Source of the DNA: a bacterium
Lineage (GTDB): Bacteria; Myxococcota_A; Bradymonadia; REDH01
Direction of reading: 5' to 3'
NCBI GenBank assembly: GCA_030427825.1
Contig: JAUICO010000006.1
Location: forward strand, 16 to 64,015
Length of the DNA: 64,000 nucleotides
Position numbers and translations under genes: made by a program. The notes below the pieces were generated by a model. The model was not told where the DNA came from, searched no databases, and saw only the letters and a program-made list of their open reading frames with translations. This document shows positions 19,060-29,755 of this stretch, in pieces (within the stretch, counting starts at the first letter, position 1; every line of letters begins with the position of its first letter).

Positions 19060-19640
19060 GAGCGACCTGGGAAAACGACGCGAACTGGTTCATCGGCCTG
19101 CCGGTGTCGCCGGCAGGCTGGTGGAGCGAGTTGGACGAGCTGCCCAAAGGCAGCCGTGCCTTCACGGGTAGCGACCTGCACATGACGGTGGCCTTTCTTG
19201 GCCGCTGCGGCAGAGAGGCCGCGCTGGCGGCGTGGGAGGCTGCGAAGGTCGCGGTTGCGGACCCGATCACGATCTCGCCGGGGCCTGTCCGACCCTACGG
19301 TAAGGTGAAACGACCTTCAGCATACGCGGTAGAGCCGCAGGCCGGGCGCGAAGCGGTGAGTGACTTCATCGCGCGCTATCGTGACATTATACTCAGCGCC
19401 GCGAACGCTCCACAGGACCCACGAGCGCCGCGTCCGCATTTTACCGTAGCGCGCCCGCGCAGGGACGCGCATTGGCGTGATCGCGAGGCGTTGGCCGCGT
19501 GGGCTCGCGGGCAGAAGCTGCCGGCGGTGTCGATCCCTATCGAGCGCATCGCTCTGTACACCTGGTCTCGAGCGCGGGGTGAGCGCCTGTTTGAGATCGT
19601 GGAGTCGCGACCGATCAACGCAGGCCCGGGTAGCGAGTGA
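19056..19640 (+). CDS. 2H phosphoesterase superfamily protein (LigT-like 2'-5' RNA ligase / cyclic phosphodiesterase).
   Basis: Two H-x-T-x motifs, HMTVAF and HFTVAR, ~90 aa apart, which is the 2H fold hallmark. 194 aa. Confidence 0.7.
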   Translation: MRATWENDANWFIGLPVSPAGWWSELDELPKGSRAFTGSDLHMTVAFLGRCGREAALAAWEAAKVAVADPITISPGPVRPYGKVKRPSAYAVEPQAGREAVSDFIARYRDIILSAANAPQDPRAPRPHFTVARPRRDAHWRDREALAAWARGQKLPAVSIPIERIALYTWSRARGERLFEIVESRPINAGPGSE

Positions 19641-20854
19641 CCGTTCGGCTGCGGCTCTCTCGCGCCGCAGAGCGCCGTGTTCGCTCAGGCCATTGCTGGG
19701 TGTTCGAGAGTGACATCGCCAACGTCCGCGATGACGGCTCTGCGGTCGCGGTTGCCTATGACGCGAAGAACCGTCTGTTGGCGATAGGCCTCTACGACCG
19801 AGGCTCGAGGCTGCGCTTTCGCGTTCTCTCGCGCGAGCCGTGTACGGTTGATGGCGCCGAGCTGCGCGGGCGCGTGTCGGGGGCAGCGGCGAAGCGCGAA
19901 GAGTGGTTCGATGCGGGGACCACCGGGTTTCGGGTCGTAAACGGCGCAGGCGACCGCCTCCCCGGCGTCGTCATTGACCGATACGGCGAAACGGCTGTTC
20001 TCAAGCTGTACAGCGGGGCGTGGAAGCCGTGGCTGCAGGATCTTGTTGATGGCTGCGCTCAGATGGCGGGCGTAGAACGGGTCGTCCTGCGCCTGTCTCG
20101 GGCGTTGGCCGCGACGGGCGAGATCGAGCTGGTTTCCGGAGGGGTCGTTTCAGGAACGGTGCTTCCGGCTCATTCGAGCTTTCATGAGAACGGTGTTTGC
20201 TTTGAGGTGGACCCGCTGCGGGGGCAGAAGACAGGATTCTTTCTCGACCAGCGAGAGAATCGTGCCCGCATTGAGTCCCTGGTCAGAGAGAGCGGCGCGC
20301 GGTCGGTCCTGAATGTGTTTTCGTACACGGGCGGGTTTTCGTTGTTTGCGGCTCGTGGCGGCGCTTCGCGTGTGGTGAGTGTGGACGCCAGTCGGCCCGC
20401 GATCGATGCGCTGCAGCGCAATATCCACCTAAACATGGGGCCGGGAAATGACGCTTCGATGATCGCCGAATGTGAATTCGAAAACGTATGCTCGGACGCC
20501 TTCGTCGCCATGCGGAGCATGCGTGAATCGGGCCGTGTTTTCGATGTTGTGATCGTGGACCCGCCCTCGATGGCTTCGCGGGCAGACCAGCGCGACCAGG
20601 CCCTGCGCGCGTACGGACGTCTGGCGACCCTCGCGGCCCGACTGGTTGCTCCTGAAGGCACGCTCGTGCTGGCGTCGTGCACGGCGCGGGTGCGGGCAGA
20701 GGATTTTGAGACCGTGTGTGTCCGGGGCGCCGAGCGGGCGGATCGCCGACTTGTCGTTACGGCGAGGTACGGTCATGCGGTAGACCACCCGACGGCTTTC
20801 GATGACGCGCAGTACTTGAAGTGTTTGTTCGCTTCGACCGCGACCTTCAGTTGA
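19637..20854 (+). CDS. rlmI: RlmI/RlmK-like SAM-dependent rRNA methyltransferase with an N-terminal PUA-like domain.
   Basis: GHCWVFESDI (cf. RlmI GHPWVY), QKTGFFLDQRENR (cf. QKTGYFLDQR), VDPPSMA (DPPxF-type motif IV), ~400 aa. The GTG start overlaps the upstream stop as GTGA. Confidence 0.75.
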   Translation: MTVRLRLSRAAERRVRSGHCWVFESDIANVRDDGSAVAVAYDAKNRLLAIGLYDRGSRLRFRVLSREPCTVDGAELRGRVSGAAAKREEWFDAGTTGFRVVNGAGDRLPGVVIDRYGETAVLKLYSGAWKPWLQDLVDGCAQMAGVERVVLRLSRALAATGEIELVSGGVVSGTVLPAHSSFHENGVCFEVDPLRGQKTGFFLDQRENRARIESLVRESGARSVLNVFSYTGGFSLFAARGGASRVVSVDASRPAIDALQRNIHLNMGPGNDASMIAECEFENVCSDAFVAMRSMRESGRVFDVVIVDPPSMASRADQRDQALRAYGRLATLAARLVAPEGTLVLASCTARVRAEDFETVCVRGAERADRRLVVTARYGHAVDHPTAFDDAQYLKCLFASTATFS

Positions 20855-20866
20855 GAGAGACTCGGT

Positions 20867-21634
20867 TTAGCGCAGCAGAGCGACGACGCAGGTCACGATC
20901 GCCATCACGAGGGCGATGCGTCGGATTGTGTCCTGACTGCCTTCGAGAGAGAGCCGTACGCCGAGTTGTGACCCGGCCACAGCGCCGATCGCGAGTACGA
21001 ATCCCGGGATCCAGTCGACCAGCCCCTGTGACGCAAAGACGGCGAGTGCTACGATATTCAGTGCAAACACGACCGCAGACTTGAGTGCGTTTGCGACGCC
21101 GAGGCTGTGGTTGAGCGTGCCGGCGACCACCGCGAGCAGCACCAGCCCAACACCCGCCTGGATGAAGCCGCCGTAGAAGCCCGCAAAGAGCAGTCCCACG
21201 ACGGCGACAGGCCGCGACTTCAGGTCATGCGCCGCGCTGTCTGCGTCAGCCTCTGTCGGCGACCTGCGCCGTAGCAGCAGGAAGAGGGCCACGGTGATCA
21301 TCGTTCCGATCAGAATGGGCTCAAAGATGGCGTTCGGAAGCACGGCCGCGAGTTGGCTGCCCGCAAACGAGCCCAGCACGATCAGGGGCGCGAGGATGAG
21401 CGCTGTCCGACGGTCCAGGGCTCCGCGCCTCTCGAACGCCGCGGTCGCCGCACCGGACTGCAGCAACACCCCAACACGGTTCGTCGCATTCGCTACATTC
21501 GCAGGAAGCCCCACCAGCATCAGCGCCGGTACCGTCAGCATCGATCCGCCGCCGGCCACGGTATTGATGAATCCCGCCACTACGCCGACGAGGGCGAGGA
21601 TGACATAGGCAATGGTGGGGTCGAGTTGGGACAT
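20867..21634 (-). CDS. TauE/SafE (TSUP, DUF81) family anion exporter. Start reset to the ATG at 21634.
   Basis: MSQLDPTIAYVILALVGVVAGFINTVAGGGS is a typical TSUP N-terminus. 8-TM, 255 aa. The listed 591-aa ORF is a read-through antisense to rsgA. Confidence 0.8.
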   Translation of the reverse strand: MSQLDPTIAYVILALVGVVAGFINTVAGGGSMLTVPALMLVGLPANVANATNRVGVLLQSGAATAAFERRGALDRRTALILAPLIVLGSFAGSQLAAVLPNAIFEPILIGTMITVALFLLLRRRSPTEADADSAAHDLKSRPVAVVGLLFAGFYGGFIQAGVGLVLLAVVAGTLNHSLGVANALKSAVVFALNIVALAVFASQGLVDWIPGFVLAIGAVAGSQLGVRLSLEGSQDTIRRIALVMAIVTCVVALLR

Positions 21635-21673
21635 CGGCTCAGACGGCGTGCGGAGACCGAAGCCGTTACGCGA

Positions 21674-22924
21674 ATGCGCTGCGATGTGCCATTGGCAGGG
21701 AGCGAGACGGCGCGGTTGTGCGCTTTGCGTAGCGCGCCTATCGCAGTCTCGATGGATGCGCGTGAGAGGCAGAGATTGCAGGGGCTCTTTGATGGGCTCG
21801 ACGAGGGGACGCAGCGTTCGTTGTTGAAACGGGCGTCGCGGCGCCGGCGCTCCATGGAGCGGGAGGCAGCGCGGGCGCAGCGTGAGAAGAGCTCGATCGC
21901 TGCGCATTCGGCGAAGCGCAGGCGGGTTCGGAAGGTGCAGGTACCGGAGCAGCGCGAGGTCGCGCTCCTGTTGATGGTCGAGGATGGTCTTGCCGGCGGT
22001 GAGAAGCAGCGTGCTGATGGCGATGTCGGGGTGGTCACTGCGGTGTATTCGGGGTGCTGCGATGTTCGCACGGACGATGGGGTGCGCCTTGCATGGCTGA
22101 CGTCGGACGTAGCGCGGCAGCAGAAGACGCTCCTTGCGGTGGGCGACCGCGTGGTGGTCGAGGACGCCGACGACGAGCGGCATATCGTTCGAGAGGTGCT
22201 TCCGCGTCGCACTCGGCTGTCGCGTCCGGACCCGCATCATGAAGCGATGGAGCGTGTGATCGCGGCGAACATTGATGTCGTAGTGCTCGTCGTGAGCGTT
22301 CAGGATCCGCCCCTTCGGCCCCGCCTGATCGACCGCTGCATTCTGGCGATAGAGCGGGGCGGAGCGCGGCCGCTGGTTTGCGTCAACAAGATGGATCTGC
22401 CGGAGGATCGCGAGGCTGCGCTTGCGCCCCTTGCTGCCTACGCCGACGCTGAGGTCTCTATCGTGCCCGTGTCGGCGGCGACGGACGAGGGGCTGGAGGC
22501 ATTGCGGGCAGCGATACGGGGCAAGCTGTGTGTCTTTGTCGGACACAGCGGTGTCGGAAAGTCCTCGTTGCTGAACGCGTTGATCGGAGAAGACTTCGCC
22601 ATCACCGGAGCTGTGCGTGAAGGCGACGGCCGGGGCCGACATACGACGACGACTTCAGCCATGGTGGAGCTGCCGGGCGGCACCTCGGTCATCGATACGC
22701 CGGGGGTTCGAGCCTTTGGTCTCTGGGACCTGCGCGCCGAAGATCTGGGCTGGTACTTCCCGGAGTTCGACGAGTGGGCGCCTGCGTGTCGCTTTCATAA
22801 CTGCAGCCACACGCACGAACCCGACTGCGCGGTGCGTGCCGCGACCGAGTCGGGAAGTGTCTCGAAGTACCGGCACGCAACGTACCTGCGGCTGCTCGAA
22901 GAACTCTCGGGCGAAGCCGGGTAG
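21674..22924 (+). CDS. rsgA: Ribosome small-subunit-dependent GTPase A (RsgA/YjeQ) with a basic N-terminal extension. The start is either 21674 or 21752.
   Basis: OB-fold region, circularly permuted GTPase motifs (VNKMDL = NKxD, GHSGVGKSSL = G1, DTPG = G3) and a C-terminal zinc-finger (C..H.C.H...C). The portion of the listed ORF before ~21650 is antisense to TSUP. Confidence 0.8.
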   Translation: MRCDVPLAGSETARLCALRSAPIAVSMDARERQRLQGLFDGLDEGTQRSLLKRASRRRRSMEREAARAQREKSSIAAHSAKRRRVRKVQVPEQREVALLLMVEDGLAGGEKQRADGDVGVVTAVYSGCCDVRTDDGVRLAWLTSDVARQQKTLLAVGDRVVVEDADDERHIVREVLPRRTRLSRPDPHHEAMERVIAANIDVVVLVVSVQDPPLRPRLIDRCILAIERGGARPLVCVNKMDLPEDREAALAPLAAYADAEVSIVPVSAATDEGLEALRAAIRGKLCVFVGHSGVGKSSLLNALIGEDFAITGAVREGDGRGRHTTTTSAMVELPGGTSVIDTPGVRAFGLWDLRAEDLGWYFPEFDEWAPACRFHNCSHTHEPDCAVRAATESGSVSKYRHATYLRLLEELSGEAG

Positions 22925-22931
22925 GGCGTCT

Positions 22932-23273
22932 CTATGCGGCGTCGTCCAGCTTCTCTTCGATCTTCTCTTCGATGTCATCAACGACCTCGCCGGCTTTTTC
23001 AGCGAGGGCCTCAAGCTCTCCACTGAAGCGGTTCGTGATCTTGATCGTGGCGTCGGTAACGGCGCCGACACCTGACTTGATCACCTGCGCGAGGGAGTCG
23101 GCGACGTTCTGCTCTTTGAGGACGGCCTTGTCGACGAGCTCCTGCGCCTCAGCTCCGGGGGTGAACCCGGTGCCGGCATCACGGACCCCGCGAACGACCG
23201 AGGTGTGGACGGCAAAGACGGCGTCAACGACGTCATTGATCGAGGCTTCAATCTTTCGGATGAGGGCTTCCAT
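22932..23273 (-). CDS. Small alpha-helical protein of unknown function.
   Basis: 113 aa, ATG start, acidic C-terminus (DDIEEKIEEKLDDAA), no signal peptide. Possibly phasin-like, but the evidence is insufficient. Confidence 0.35.
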   Translation of the reverse strand: MEALIRKIEASINDVVDAVFAVHTSVVRGVRDAGTGFTPGAEAQELVDKAVLKEQNVADSLAQVIKSGVGAVTDATIKITNRFSGELEALAEKAGEVVDDIEEKIEEKLDDAA

Positions 23274-23339
23274 GTCGGCTCCGTGGCGTGGCGCGGCGGC
23301 GGAATCGCCGTCGTCGATGGGGCGAATGTATTACGAAAC

Positions 23340-23400
23340 GTGGGCGTGTCAACACTTTGTCACACGTTTTGTGTTACATGGAGATCTTTGCGGTACCCAA
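23340..23400. promoter_or_regulatory. Candidate operator in the divergent intergenic region.
   Basis: AAACGTG-N21-CACGTTT inverted repeat enclosing TGTCAaca...TGTCAcac direct repeats ~10 bp apart. Locally AT-richer. Confidence 0.25.
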
Positions 23401-23463
23401 AGAGGCCGACGGCAGGTCGGGGGCGATTTACCAGCGAGCCCAATTCTGCCATGGGAGGCCCCG

Positions 23464-23853
23464 ATGGATGGGAGCAACGCACATAGGAATGCACCGGCCC
23501 GCGTGGGTCTCCGGGTCGTTGCCCTGTGCGCCCGAGCCCTGATGGTGCTGACGCTCCTCATTGGCAGCACCTACGGATGTCTCAGCAGCGGCCCCGATGA
23601 AGGCGGGATCGGCACGCATGTGGGCAACCCGAATGACGGCGACGCAACGGATACCTCCGTGGGATTTGATGTGAGCGAAGATTCCTCGCAGGCGGACGTC
23701 GTTTCGGACACGGATGTCACCCACGACGTTGCGGACGCGGACAATGACGTCGATGCGGACGATGACGGCGATGGCGGCTCGGGTGATGGCGATAGCGGCG
23801 ACACCGAGGACGGCTCGGATGCCATCGACACGGACGTTGAACAGGGCGAGTAA
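23464..23853 (+). CDS. Small, highly acidic (Asp-rich) putative lipoprotein.
   Basis: MDGSNAHRNAPARVGLRVVALCARALMVLTLLIGSTYGC (signal peptide + lipobox) followed by a D/G/S-rich tail. The upstream part of ORF 22972.. is antisense to the previous gene. Confidence 0.4.
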   Translation: MDGSNAHRNAPARVGLRVVALCARALMVLTLLIGSTYGCLSSGPDEGGIGTHVGNPNDGDATDTSVGFDVSEDSSQADVVSDTDVTHDVADADNDVDADDDGDGGSGDGDSGDTEDGSDAIDTDVEQGE

Positions 23854-23906
23854 ACGGGGACCGCGCCGCGCAGGCGCACTAACGGTGAACAGGGAGAGAT
23901 CGATAG

Positions 23907-26900
23907 ATGCTCATTCTTCGAGGCGCGCCGGCGCTGTCTGACTTTCGACGTGGACGCCTGCTCGGCGAGCTGAAATCGGTAACCTCGATCGACGATGTCT
24001 ATGCTGAGTATGTCCACCTGGTGGAATTCTCGGCGCCGTTCTCGGTGCGCGAACGCGAAGTTCTGGCCCGTCTGCTGCAGTACGGCCCTCGCGCGCACGC
24101 CGAGGAGGCGAACGGTCAGCTGGTTGCGGTCTTTCCCCGGGAAGGCACGATATCGCCCTGGTCATCGAAGGCGACCGAGATTGCGCACAACTGCGGGCTG
24201 TCCAAAGTCGAGCGCATCGAACGCGGGGTCGTTTGGGACCTGCGCAGCACCGCAGGCCTCAGCACTGAGCAGCTGCGTGCCTGCGCCGCGCTGCTACACG
24301 ACCGCATGACCGAGACGGTTGTGTTTGATTTGGAAGATAGCAAGGCGCTGATGAACTCCGAGGCGGCGCGTCCGCTCCGACATGTAGATGTTTTGGCCGG
24401 CGGCGCTGATGAGCTCCGCCGCGCGAACGCTGAGTTTGGCCTCGCGCTGGCAGACGATGAGATTGACTATCTTGTCGCGTCGTTCACGCAGCTGAAGAGA
24501 AACCCGACGGACGTCGAGTTGATGATGTTTGCTCAGGTGAACTCCGAGCACTGTCGCCACAAGATCTTCAATGCCTCGTGGACCATCGACGGCGAGGACC
24601 TCGACGACTCCCTGTTTGGGATGATCCGAAAGAGTCACGCGGCGTCACCGGAGCACACACTGTCAGCGTACTCTGACAATGCTGCCGTCATTGAAGGCAG
24701 CCGCGCCGGTCGCTTCTTCCCGGACGCCGAGGGCCGCTACGGATATCACGACGAGGACATTCACATCGTCATGAAGGTCGAAACACACAATCACCCGACA
24801 GGCATCGCGCCCTGGCCGGGCGCAGCGACGGGTTCCGGCGGCGAGATTCGAGACGAAGGAGCAACCGGTCGCGGCGCCAAACCGAAGATGGGGCTGTGCG
24901 GCTTCTCGGTCTCGAACCTGCGCATCCCCGGCTACGAACGAAGTTGGGAGTCGGTGCTCTGCAAGCCGGGGCGCATCGCGTCATCGCTTGAGATCATGAC
25001 CGAAGGCCCGATCGGAGCCGCAGCGTTCAACAACGAGTTCGGCCGGCCGAATACCTGCGGCTACTTTCGCACCTTTGAGCTTGACGTGGATGGCCCGAAC
25101 GGCCGCGAGACCCGCGGCTATCACAAGCCGATCATGGTGGCCGGTGGCGTGGGCAACATACGACCGGACCACGTTCTGAAGAACGAGATACCCGAGGGCG
25201 CGAGCCTGGTGGTGCTCGGCGGACCCGCAATGCTGATCGGCCTCGGTGGTGGTTCGGCCTCTTCGATGAGTACCGGTGAGAGCACCGAAGACCTCGACTT
25301 CGCCTCTGTGCAGAGGGCGAACCCGGAAGTTGAGCGACGCTGCCAGGAAGTCATCGATCGCTGCTGGGCGCTGGGCGCCGACAACCCGATCGCGTCCATC
25401 CACGATGTCGGCGCCGGCGGACTGAGCAACGCGCTGCCCGAGTTGATCCACGACAGCGACCGCGGCGGCAGGATCTCGCTGCGGGAGATTCCCAGCGCTG
25501 AGACGGGTCTTTCGCCGATGGAGATCTGGTGCAACGAAGCGCAGGAACGCTACGTACTCGCGATCCCTGCTGAGCGCGTCGATGTGTTTGTCGCGATCGC
25601 CGAGCGCGAGCGTGCTCCCTTCGCAATCGTGGGGACCGCCGATGCGAGCGATCGCCTCGAGGTTGCAGACACCCTGCTTGGTGAGCCCGCAGTGGACCTG
25701 CCGATGAGTGTGCTCTTTGGCCGCGCGCCACGCATGCACCGGGAAGCCACACACGCCGAGTGTGTTTCGCCTCGCCTTGACGTCGCGGCTGAGACATCGT
25801 CGTTACGTGACTCCCTGTTTGATGTGTTGCGACACCCCTCGGTCGCCGACAAGACTTTCCTGGTAACCATCGGTGACCGCAGCGTTACGGGCATGATCGC
25901 GCGGGATCAGATGGTTGGTCCCTGGCAGGTTCCGGTGGCAGATGTCGCGGTGTCGACGGCGTCGTTTGACACCTATGCCGGCGAAGCGATGGCGATCGGC
26001 GAGCGCAGTCCGGCGTCACTCGTTGACGCGGCGGCGGCCGGGCGCATGGCTGTGACCGAAGCGATAACGAACATCGCCGCTGCACCCATTGTCGACCTTG
26101 GACGAATTCGTCTGAGCGCGAACTGGATGGCGCCTGCCGGCCACGCCGGAAATGACGCCGACATGTTTGATACGGCGCGCGCGATCGCTACCGAATTCTG
26201 CCCCGCGCTGGGTATATCGATCCCCGTCGGTAAGGACTCGATGTCGATGCGGACGGTTTGGACCGATGACGGCGAGGAGCGTCGGGTTACCGCTCCGTTG
26301 AGTCTGGTGATCACAGCGGTGGGACCGGTGAGCGACGCACGCGCGACGCTTACACCTCAACTGCGCCCCGACGAGGGCACCGTGCTGGTTCTGCTCGACA
26401 TTGAGCGGGCGCCCGGCCGACTCGGCGCCTCTATCCTTGCCCAGACGCAGAGCACGCTGGGTGGAGCCGTGCCCGATGTGCGCGATCCGCAGCGGCTCCG
26501 TACCTTCTTTGAGCTCGTGCAACGCGCGATTCGCGATGAACTGTTGCTCGCGTATCACGACGTGTCCGACGGCGGCGTTGCTGCGGCGCTGTGTGAGATG
26601 GCTTTCGCGGGTCGATGCGGGTTGAGCGCAGACCTCAGCGCCATCGACACCGACGCGGCTGCGGCGTTCTTCGCTGAAGAGGCAGGCGCTGTGGTACAGG
26701 TGCGACGTGACGACCTCGTGAAGCTTCGCTCCTTCGCGACGTTGTATGGCTTCGAGGGACGGCTTCTCGAAATCGGTGCGCCGACACAGGGCGGGGACAT
26801 CGAGTTGACCCACGGATCTGTGCGCCTGAGGGAGTCTCGGATCGCCCTGCATCGCGCCTGGTCAGAGACGACCTGGCAGATGCAACGCCGGCGCGATAAC

Positions 26901-27800
26901 TCGGCGTGTGCCGACGAAGAGTACTCCCGCATTCTCGACGCTGAAGACCCCGGCTTGAGCGTGCAGCTGACCTACGATCCGGCAGCGGCGCCCTTTGCGG
27001 CGACGCCCGGTGTGCAGGTCGTGTCCAGGCCGGCGGTAGCCATCCTGCGTGAGCAGGGCGTGAACGGGCAGATCGAGATGGCCGCCGCCTTCGATCGCGC
27101 CGGATTCGACGCGGTCGACGTCCACATGAGCGACGTCATTGCCGGCCGCCACAGTCTCGACGAGTTTCGCGGTCTGGTAGCCTGCGGAGGCTTCTCGTAC
27201 GGCGATGTGCTCGGCGCAGGCGAAGGGTGGGCGAAGTCCATCCTCTTCAACGCGCGGGCGCGGATGGAGTTCAGCGCCTGGTTTGCCCGCCCGGACACCT
27301 TCTCACTGGGAGTGTGTAACGGCTGCCAGATGCTGGCCACGCTCGCAGAGATGATTCCGGGTGCAGAGACCTGGCCGCGCTTCGTTCGCAATCGCTCGGA
27401 GCAGTTTGAAGCTCGATTTTCGATGGTCGAAGTTCGGGACAGCCCGTCGATCTTCCTCGCAGGCATGGCCGGCTCTCGAATGCCGATCGCCATTGCACAC
27501 GGAGAGGGCAGGGCGGAATTCGCGGACGACGCTGCGGCACGGGCCTTTGTTGACGGCGGCCTGAACGCGCTGGGTTTTGTCGACAACCGCGGTGCGGTCG
27601 CACGGGAGTACCCGAGCAACCCCAACGGATCGCCTTATGGCCTGACCGGCGTGACGACGACGGACGGTCGAGTCACCATCATGATGCCTCATCCGGAGCG
27701 GGTGTTTCGCAGCGTGCAGATGTCCTGGCATCCTGACGGAGCCGGCGAGGACAGTCCGTGGATGCGCATCTTTGGGAACGCCAGAGCCTGGGTTGGCTGA
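23907..27800 (+). CDS. purL: Phosphoribosylformylglycinamidine synthase, single-chain large form.
   Basis: 1297 aa. N-terminal PurS-like domain, FGAM synthetase core and a C-terminal glutamine amidotransferase domain (GVCNGCQ catalytic Cys). Confidence 0.95.
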   Translation: MLILRGAPALSDFRRGRLLGELKSVTSIDDVYAEYVHLVEFSAPFSVREREVLARLLQYGPRAHAEEANGQLVAVFPREGTISPWSSKATEIAHNCGLSKVERIERGVVWDLRSTAGLSTEQLRACAALLHDRMTETVVFDLEDSKALMNSEAARPLRHVDVLAGGADELRRANAEFGLALADDEIDYLVASFTQLKRNPTDVELMMFAQVNSEHCRHKIFNASWTIDGEDLDDSLFGMIRKSHAASPEHTLSAYSDNAAVIEGSRAGRFFPDAEGRYGYHDEDIHIVMKVETHNHPTGIAPWPGAATGSGGEIRDEGATGRGAKPKMGLCGFSVSNLRIPGYERSWESVLCKPGRIASSLEIMTEGPIGAAAFNNEFGRPNTCGYFRTFELDVDGPNGRETRGYHKPIMVAGGVGNIRPDHVLKNEIPEGASLVVLGGPAMLIGLGGGSASSMSTGESTEDLDFASVQRANPEVERRCQEVIDRCWALGADNPIASIHDVGAGGLSNALPELIHDSDRGGRISLREIPSAETGLSPMEIWCNEAQERYVLAIPAERVDVFVAIAERERAPFAIVGTADASDRLEVADTLLGEPAVDLPMSVLFGRAPRMHREATHAECVSPRLDVAAETSSLRDSLFDVLRHPSVADKTFLVTIGDRSVTGMIARDQMVGPWQVPVADVAVSTASFDTYAGEAMAIGERSPASLVDAAAAGRMAVTEAITNIAAAPIVDLGRIRLSANWMAPAGHAGNDADMFDTARAIATEFCPALGISIPVGKDSMSMRTVWTDDGEERRVTAPLSLVITAVGPVSDARATLTPQLRPDEGTVLVLLDIERAPGRLGASILAQTQSTLGGAVPDVRDPQRLRTFFELVQRAIRDELLLAYHDVSDGGVAAALCEMAFAGRCGLSADLSAIDTDAAAAFFAEEAGAVVQVRRDDLVKLRSFATLYGFEGRLLEIGAPTQGGDIELTHGSVRLRESRIALHRAWSETTWQMQRRRDNSACADEEYSRILDAEDPGLSVQLTYDPAAAPFAATPGVQVVSRPAVAILREQGVNGQIEMAAAFDRAGFDAVDVHMSDVIAGRHSLDEFRGLVACGGFSYGDVLGAGEGWAKSILFNARARMEFSAWFARPDTFSLGVCNGCQMLATLAEMIPGAETWPRFVRNRSEQFEARFSMVEVRDSPSIFLAGMAGSRMPIAIAHGEGRAEFADDAAARAFVDGGLNALGFVDNRGAVAREYPSNPNGSPYGLTGVTTTDGRVTIMMPHPERVFRSVQMSWHPDGAGEDSPWMRIFGNARAWVG

Positions 27801-27880
27801 GCGCCCGGGGCTGCAGGTAGGATCGGAGCCCCGACTCGCAGGGTTTTCGCGAATCGGCGAAAGCGCGTAGATTCGGTTGG

Positions 27881-29746
27881 ATGAGAGGAACTCAGCACCT
27901 GGTTTCAGCCCTCGTGGTGGCGTTGTGCTGCATGCACGGTGCCGCCGACGCGGGACCTCGCGCAGAAGCCGAGGCTGTGTATCGCTCTCTCGCGCCCACG
28001 GCAGACGCGGCTGCGAGTGAAATCGAGCGTGCGATCGTGGCGTGGTACGCGGGTGAGCGCCTGCGACCTGTGTTCACTGACGGCGTCGGCCTGACACCTC
28101 TGGGGGAGCGCGCGGCGAGGCTGATCGAAGGTGCGCACCGTGACGGGGTGGACCTGCAGGGTGTCGACCGTCGCCTGCGTGACGGGATCGAAGCGCTACG
28201 GCATCCGCCGGAGTTTCAGTGGCCGAGCTTCGTTCTTGCGGACGACCGTCACCTCACAGAGCTGGTTTCAGGCGCCCTGGCGCCGCCCCTGGGTGGAGCG
28301 GTACGACTCGCGCAACTGGTACGGCGCCTGGGCCCGAGCCGCATACGAGAGGAGACGGCGAACGCTGCGCGGGAGCAACTGGCGCAGCGTTTTCGCCTCG
28401 CGGCAGAGACGGAGTATGCGCTGGCCCATGTGGTGATGTACCAGGCTGAGCTGCGTGTTCTCGGGGAGGACAGCGTTCCGCTCGAGGTCATGGCCGCTGA
28501 TCGTGAGGCTGAGCGCTTCAACCGTCGGCAGCGCCGAAGAATCCGCCGCGGTCAGGTCGAGCCGGCCGCGGTGGACCACGTGCTGAGCTGGCGTCGGGAG
28601 ACGCTGGCGTCGCTGATGCCTCGGCTCGCCGCCCCGGCGTCCGCCGATGCGGTCATGCGCGATATCGAGCCGCGGTCGCCCCACTACGAGCCACTGATCG
28701 ACGTGCTCGCGCGTTACGAAGCGATCGTTGAGAGTGGCGGCTGGTGGACTCTCGCAGGCGACGAGGAGCTGCGGCTGGGCGACGAAGGCGGGCTCGTGCT
28801 CGCGCTGCGAAACCGACTTGCGGCCGAGGGATACGTCTCAGAAGCCGAGGACGAAGATGTCTTCGATACCGGTCTGAGAGATACGCTACAGCGATGGCAG
28901 GTCGACCGGCAGCTGATCCCAACCGGCACGGTCGACGAATACACCCGCGCCGCTCTCGACGTATCGGCGCCGGAGAGGCTGGCGCAGGTGATGATCGCCA
29001 TGCGGCGGCTGCGCCACAGCCCGGTACCCGCCACCGGCGACTACATTCGGGTGAACATCCCGCAGTTCGTCGGCGAGTACCGCGCCGACGGTGAGCTGCT
29101 GCACGAGTGGCGAAGCGTAGTCGGCAAGGTGCGCGGAAACGGCTCGAACTTCACGCCGGAGCTGCGCACACAAATCGGGGTCCTGGAGTTCAATCCATAC
29201 TGGTATCCGCCGAATCGTCTGGGTGGTTTGCGCGATGATGGGCAGCGGCGTGTGGTGGGCCCCGGGCCGTGGAATCCTATGGGGCAGGTGAAGTTTGTGC
29301 TTCCCAATACAAGCGCGATCTACCTTCACGATACCAACGACCCGGAGTGGTTTCGTGAGACCTGGCGCGCGGAATCACACGGATGTGTGCGTGTCGACAA
29401 CGCGTTGGACCTCGCGGCCGTAATCGTGTCGAGGGACCGGGGCTGGGAGATGGAACGCGCGGAAGCCTGGATCGAAGAAGTCATCGACGACGGCGCGACA
29501 GTGCGCTGGGAACCCGAGGGAGTCATCCCGGTCTTCTTCGAGTACATTACGGTTTGGGTGGACGGCGACCGGGTACGCTTCGGTACCGACCTCTATCGCT
29601 GGGACACAGACGAGTCCGAAGCGATCCTGCGTGAGCTGGACCATACCGGGCGCGCGACCATCACCGAGTCACGGTACACGCGCGCGGCACGTCTTCGTAC
29701 GCTGAGCCGCCGCCGCCACGATGTCGAGTTCGGCGGCTACGACTGA
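27881..29746 (+). CDS. YcbB/LdtD-like L,D-transpeptidase.
   Basis: Signal peptide. C-terminal YkuD domain with IYLHDTNDPEWF...SHGCVRV (catalytic His/Cys). Large N-terminal scaffold as in E. coli YcbB. Confidence 0.75.
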   Translation: MRGTQHLVSALVVALCCMHGAADAGPRAEAEAVYRSLAPTADAAASEIERAIVAWYAGERLRPVFTDGVGLTPLGERAARLIEGAHRDGVDLQGVDRRLRDGIEALRHPPEFQWPSFVLADDRHLTELVSGALAPPLGGAVRLAQLVRRLGPSRIREETANAAREQLAQRFRLAAETEYALAHVVMYQAELRVLGEDSVPLEVMAADREAERFNRRQRRRIRRGQVEPAAVDHVLSWRRETLASLMPRLAAPASADAVMRDIEPRSPHYEPLIDVLARYEAIVESGGWWTLAGDEELRLGDEGGLVLALRNRLAAEGYVSEAEDEDVFDTGLRDTLQRWQVDRQLIPTGTVDEYTRAALDVSAPERLAQVMIAMRRLRHSPVPATGDYIRVNIPQFVGEYRADGELLHEWRSVVGKVRGNGSNFTPELRTQIGVLEFNPYWYPPNRLGGLRDDGQRRVVGPGPWNPMGQVKFVLPNTSAIYLHDTNDPEWFRETWRAESHGCVRVDNALDLAAVIVSRDRGWEMERAEAWIEEVIDDGATVRWEPEGVIPVFFEYITVWVDGDRVRFGTDLYRWDTDESEAILRELDHTGRATITESRYTRAARLRTLSRRRHDVEFGGYD

Positions 29747-29755
29747 CCCGCAATC

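Noticed and set aside
21353-21673. N-terminal ~107 codons of the listed rsgA ORF, and the 591-aa version of the TSUP ORF (to 22642)
   Set aside because: Each is antisense to the other gene's well-supported coding region. The alternative-start ORF caller over-extends both.
22932-23273. Calling the 113-aa helical protein a phasin
   Set aside because: It is based only on amphipathic-helix character and an acidic tail. There is no PHA synthesis gene nearby, so it is left as hypothetical.
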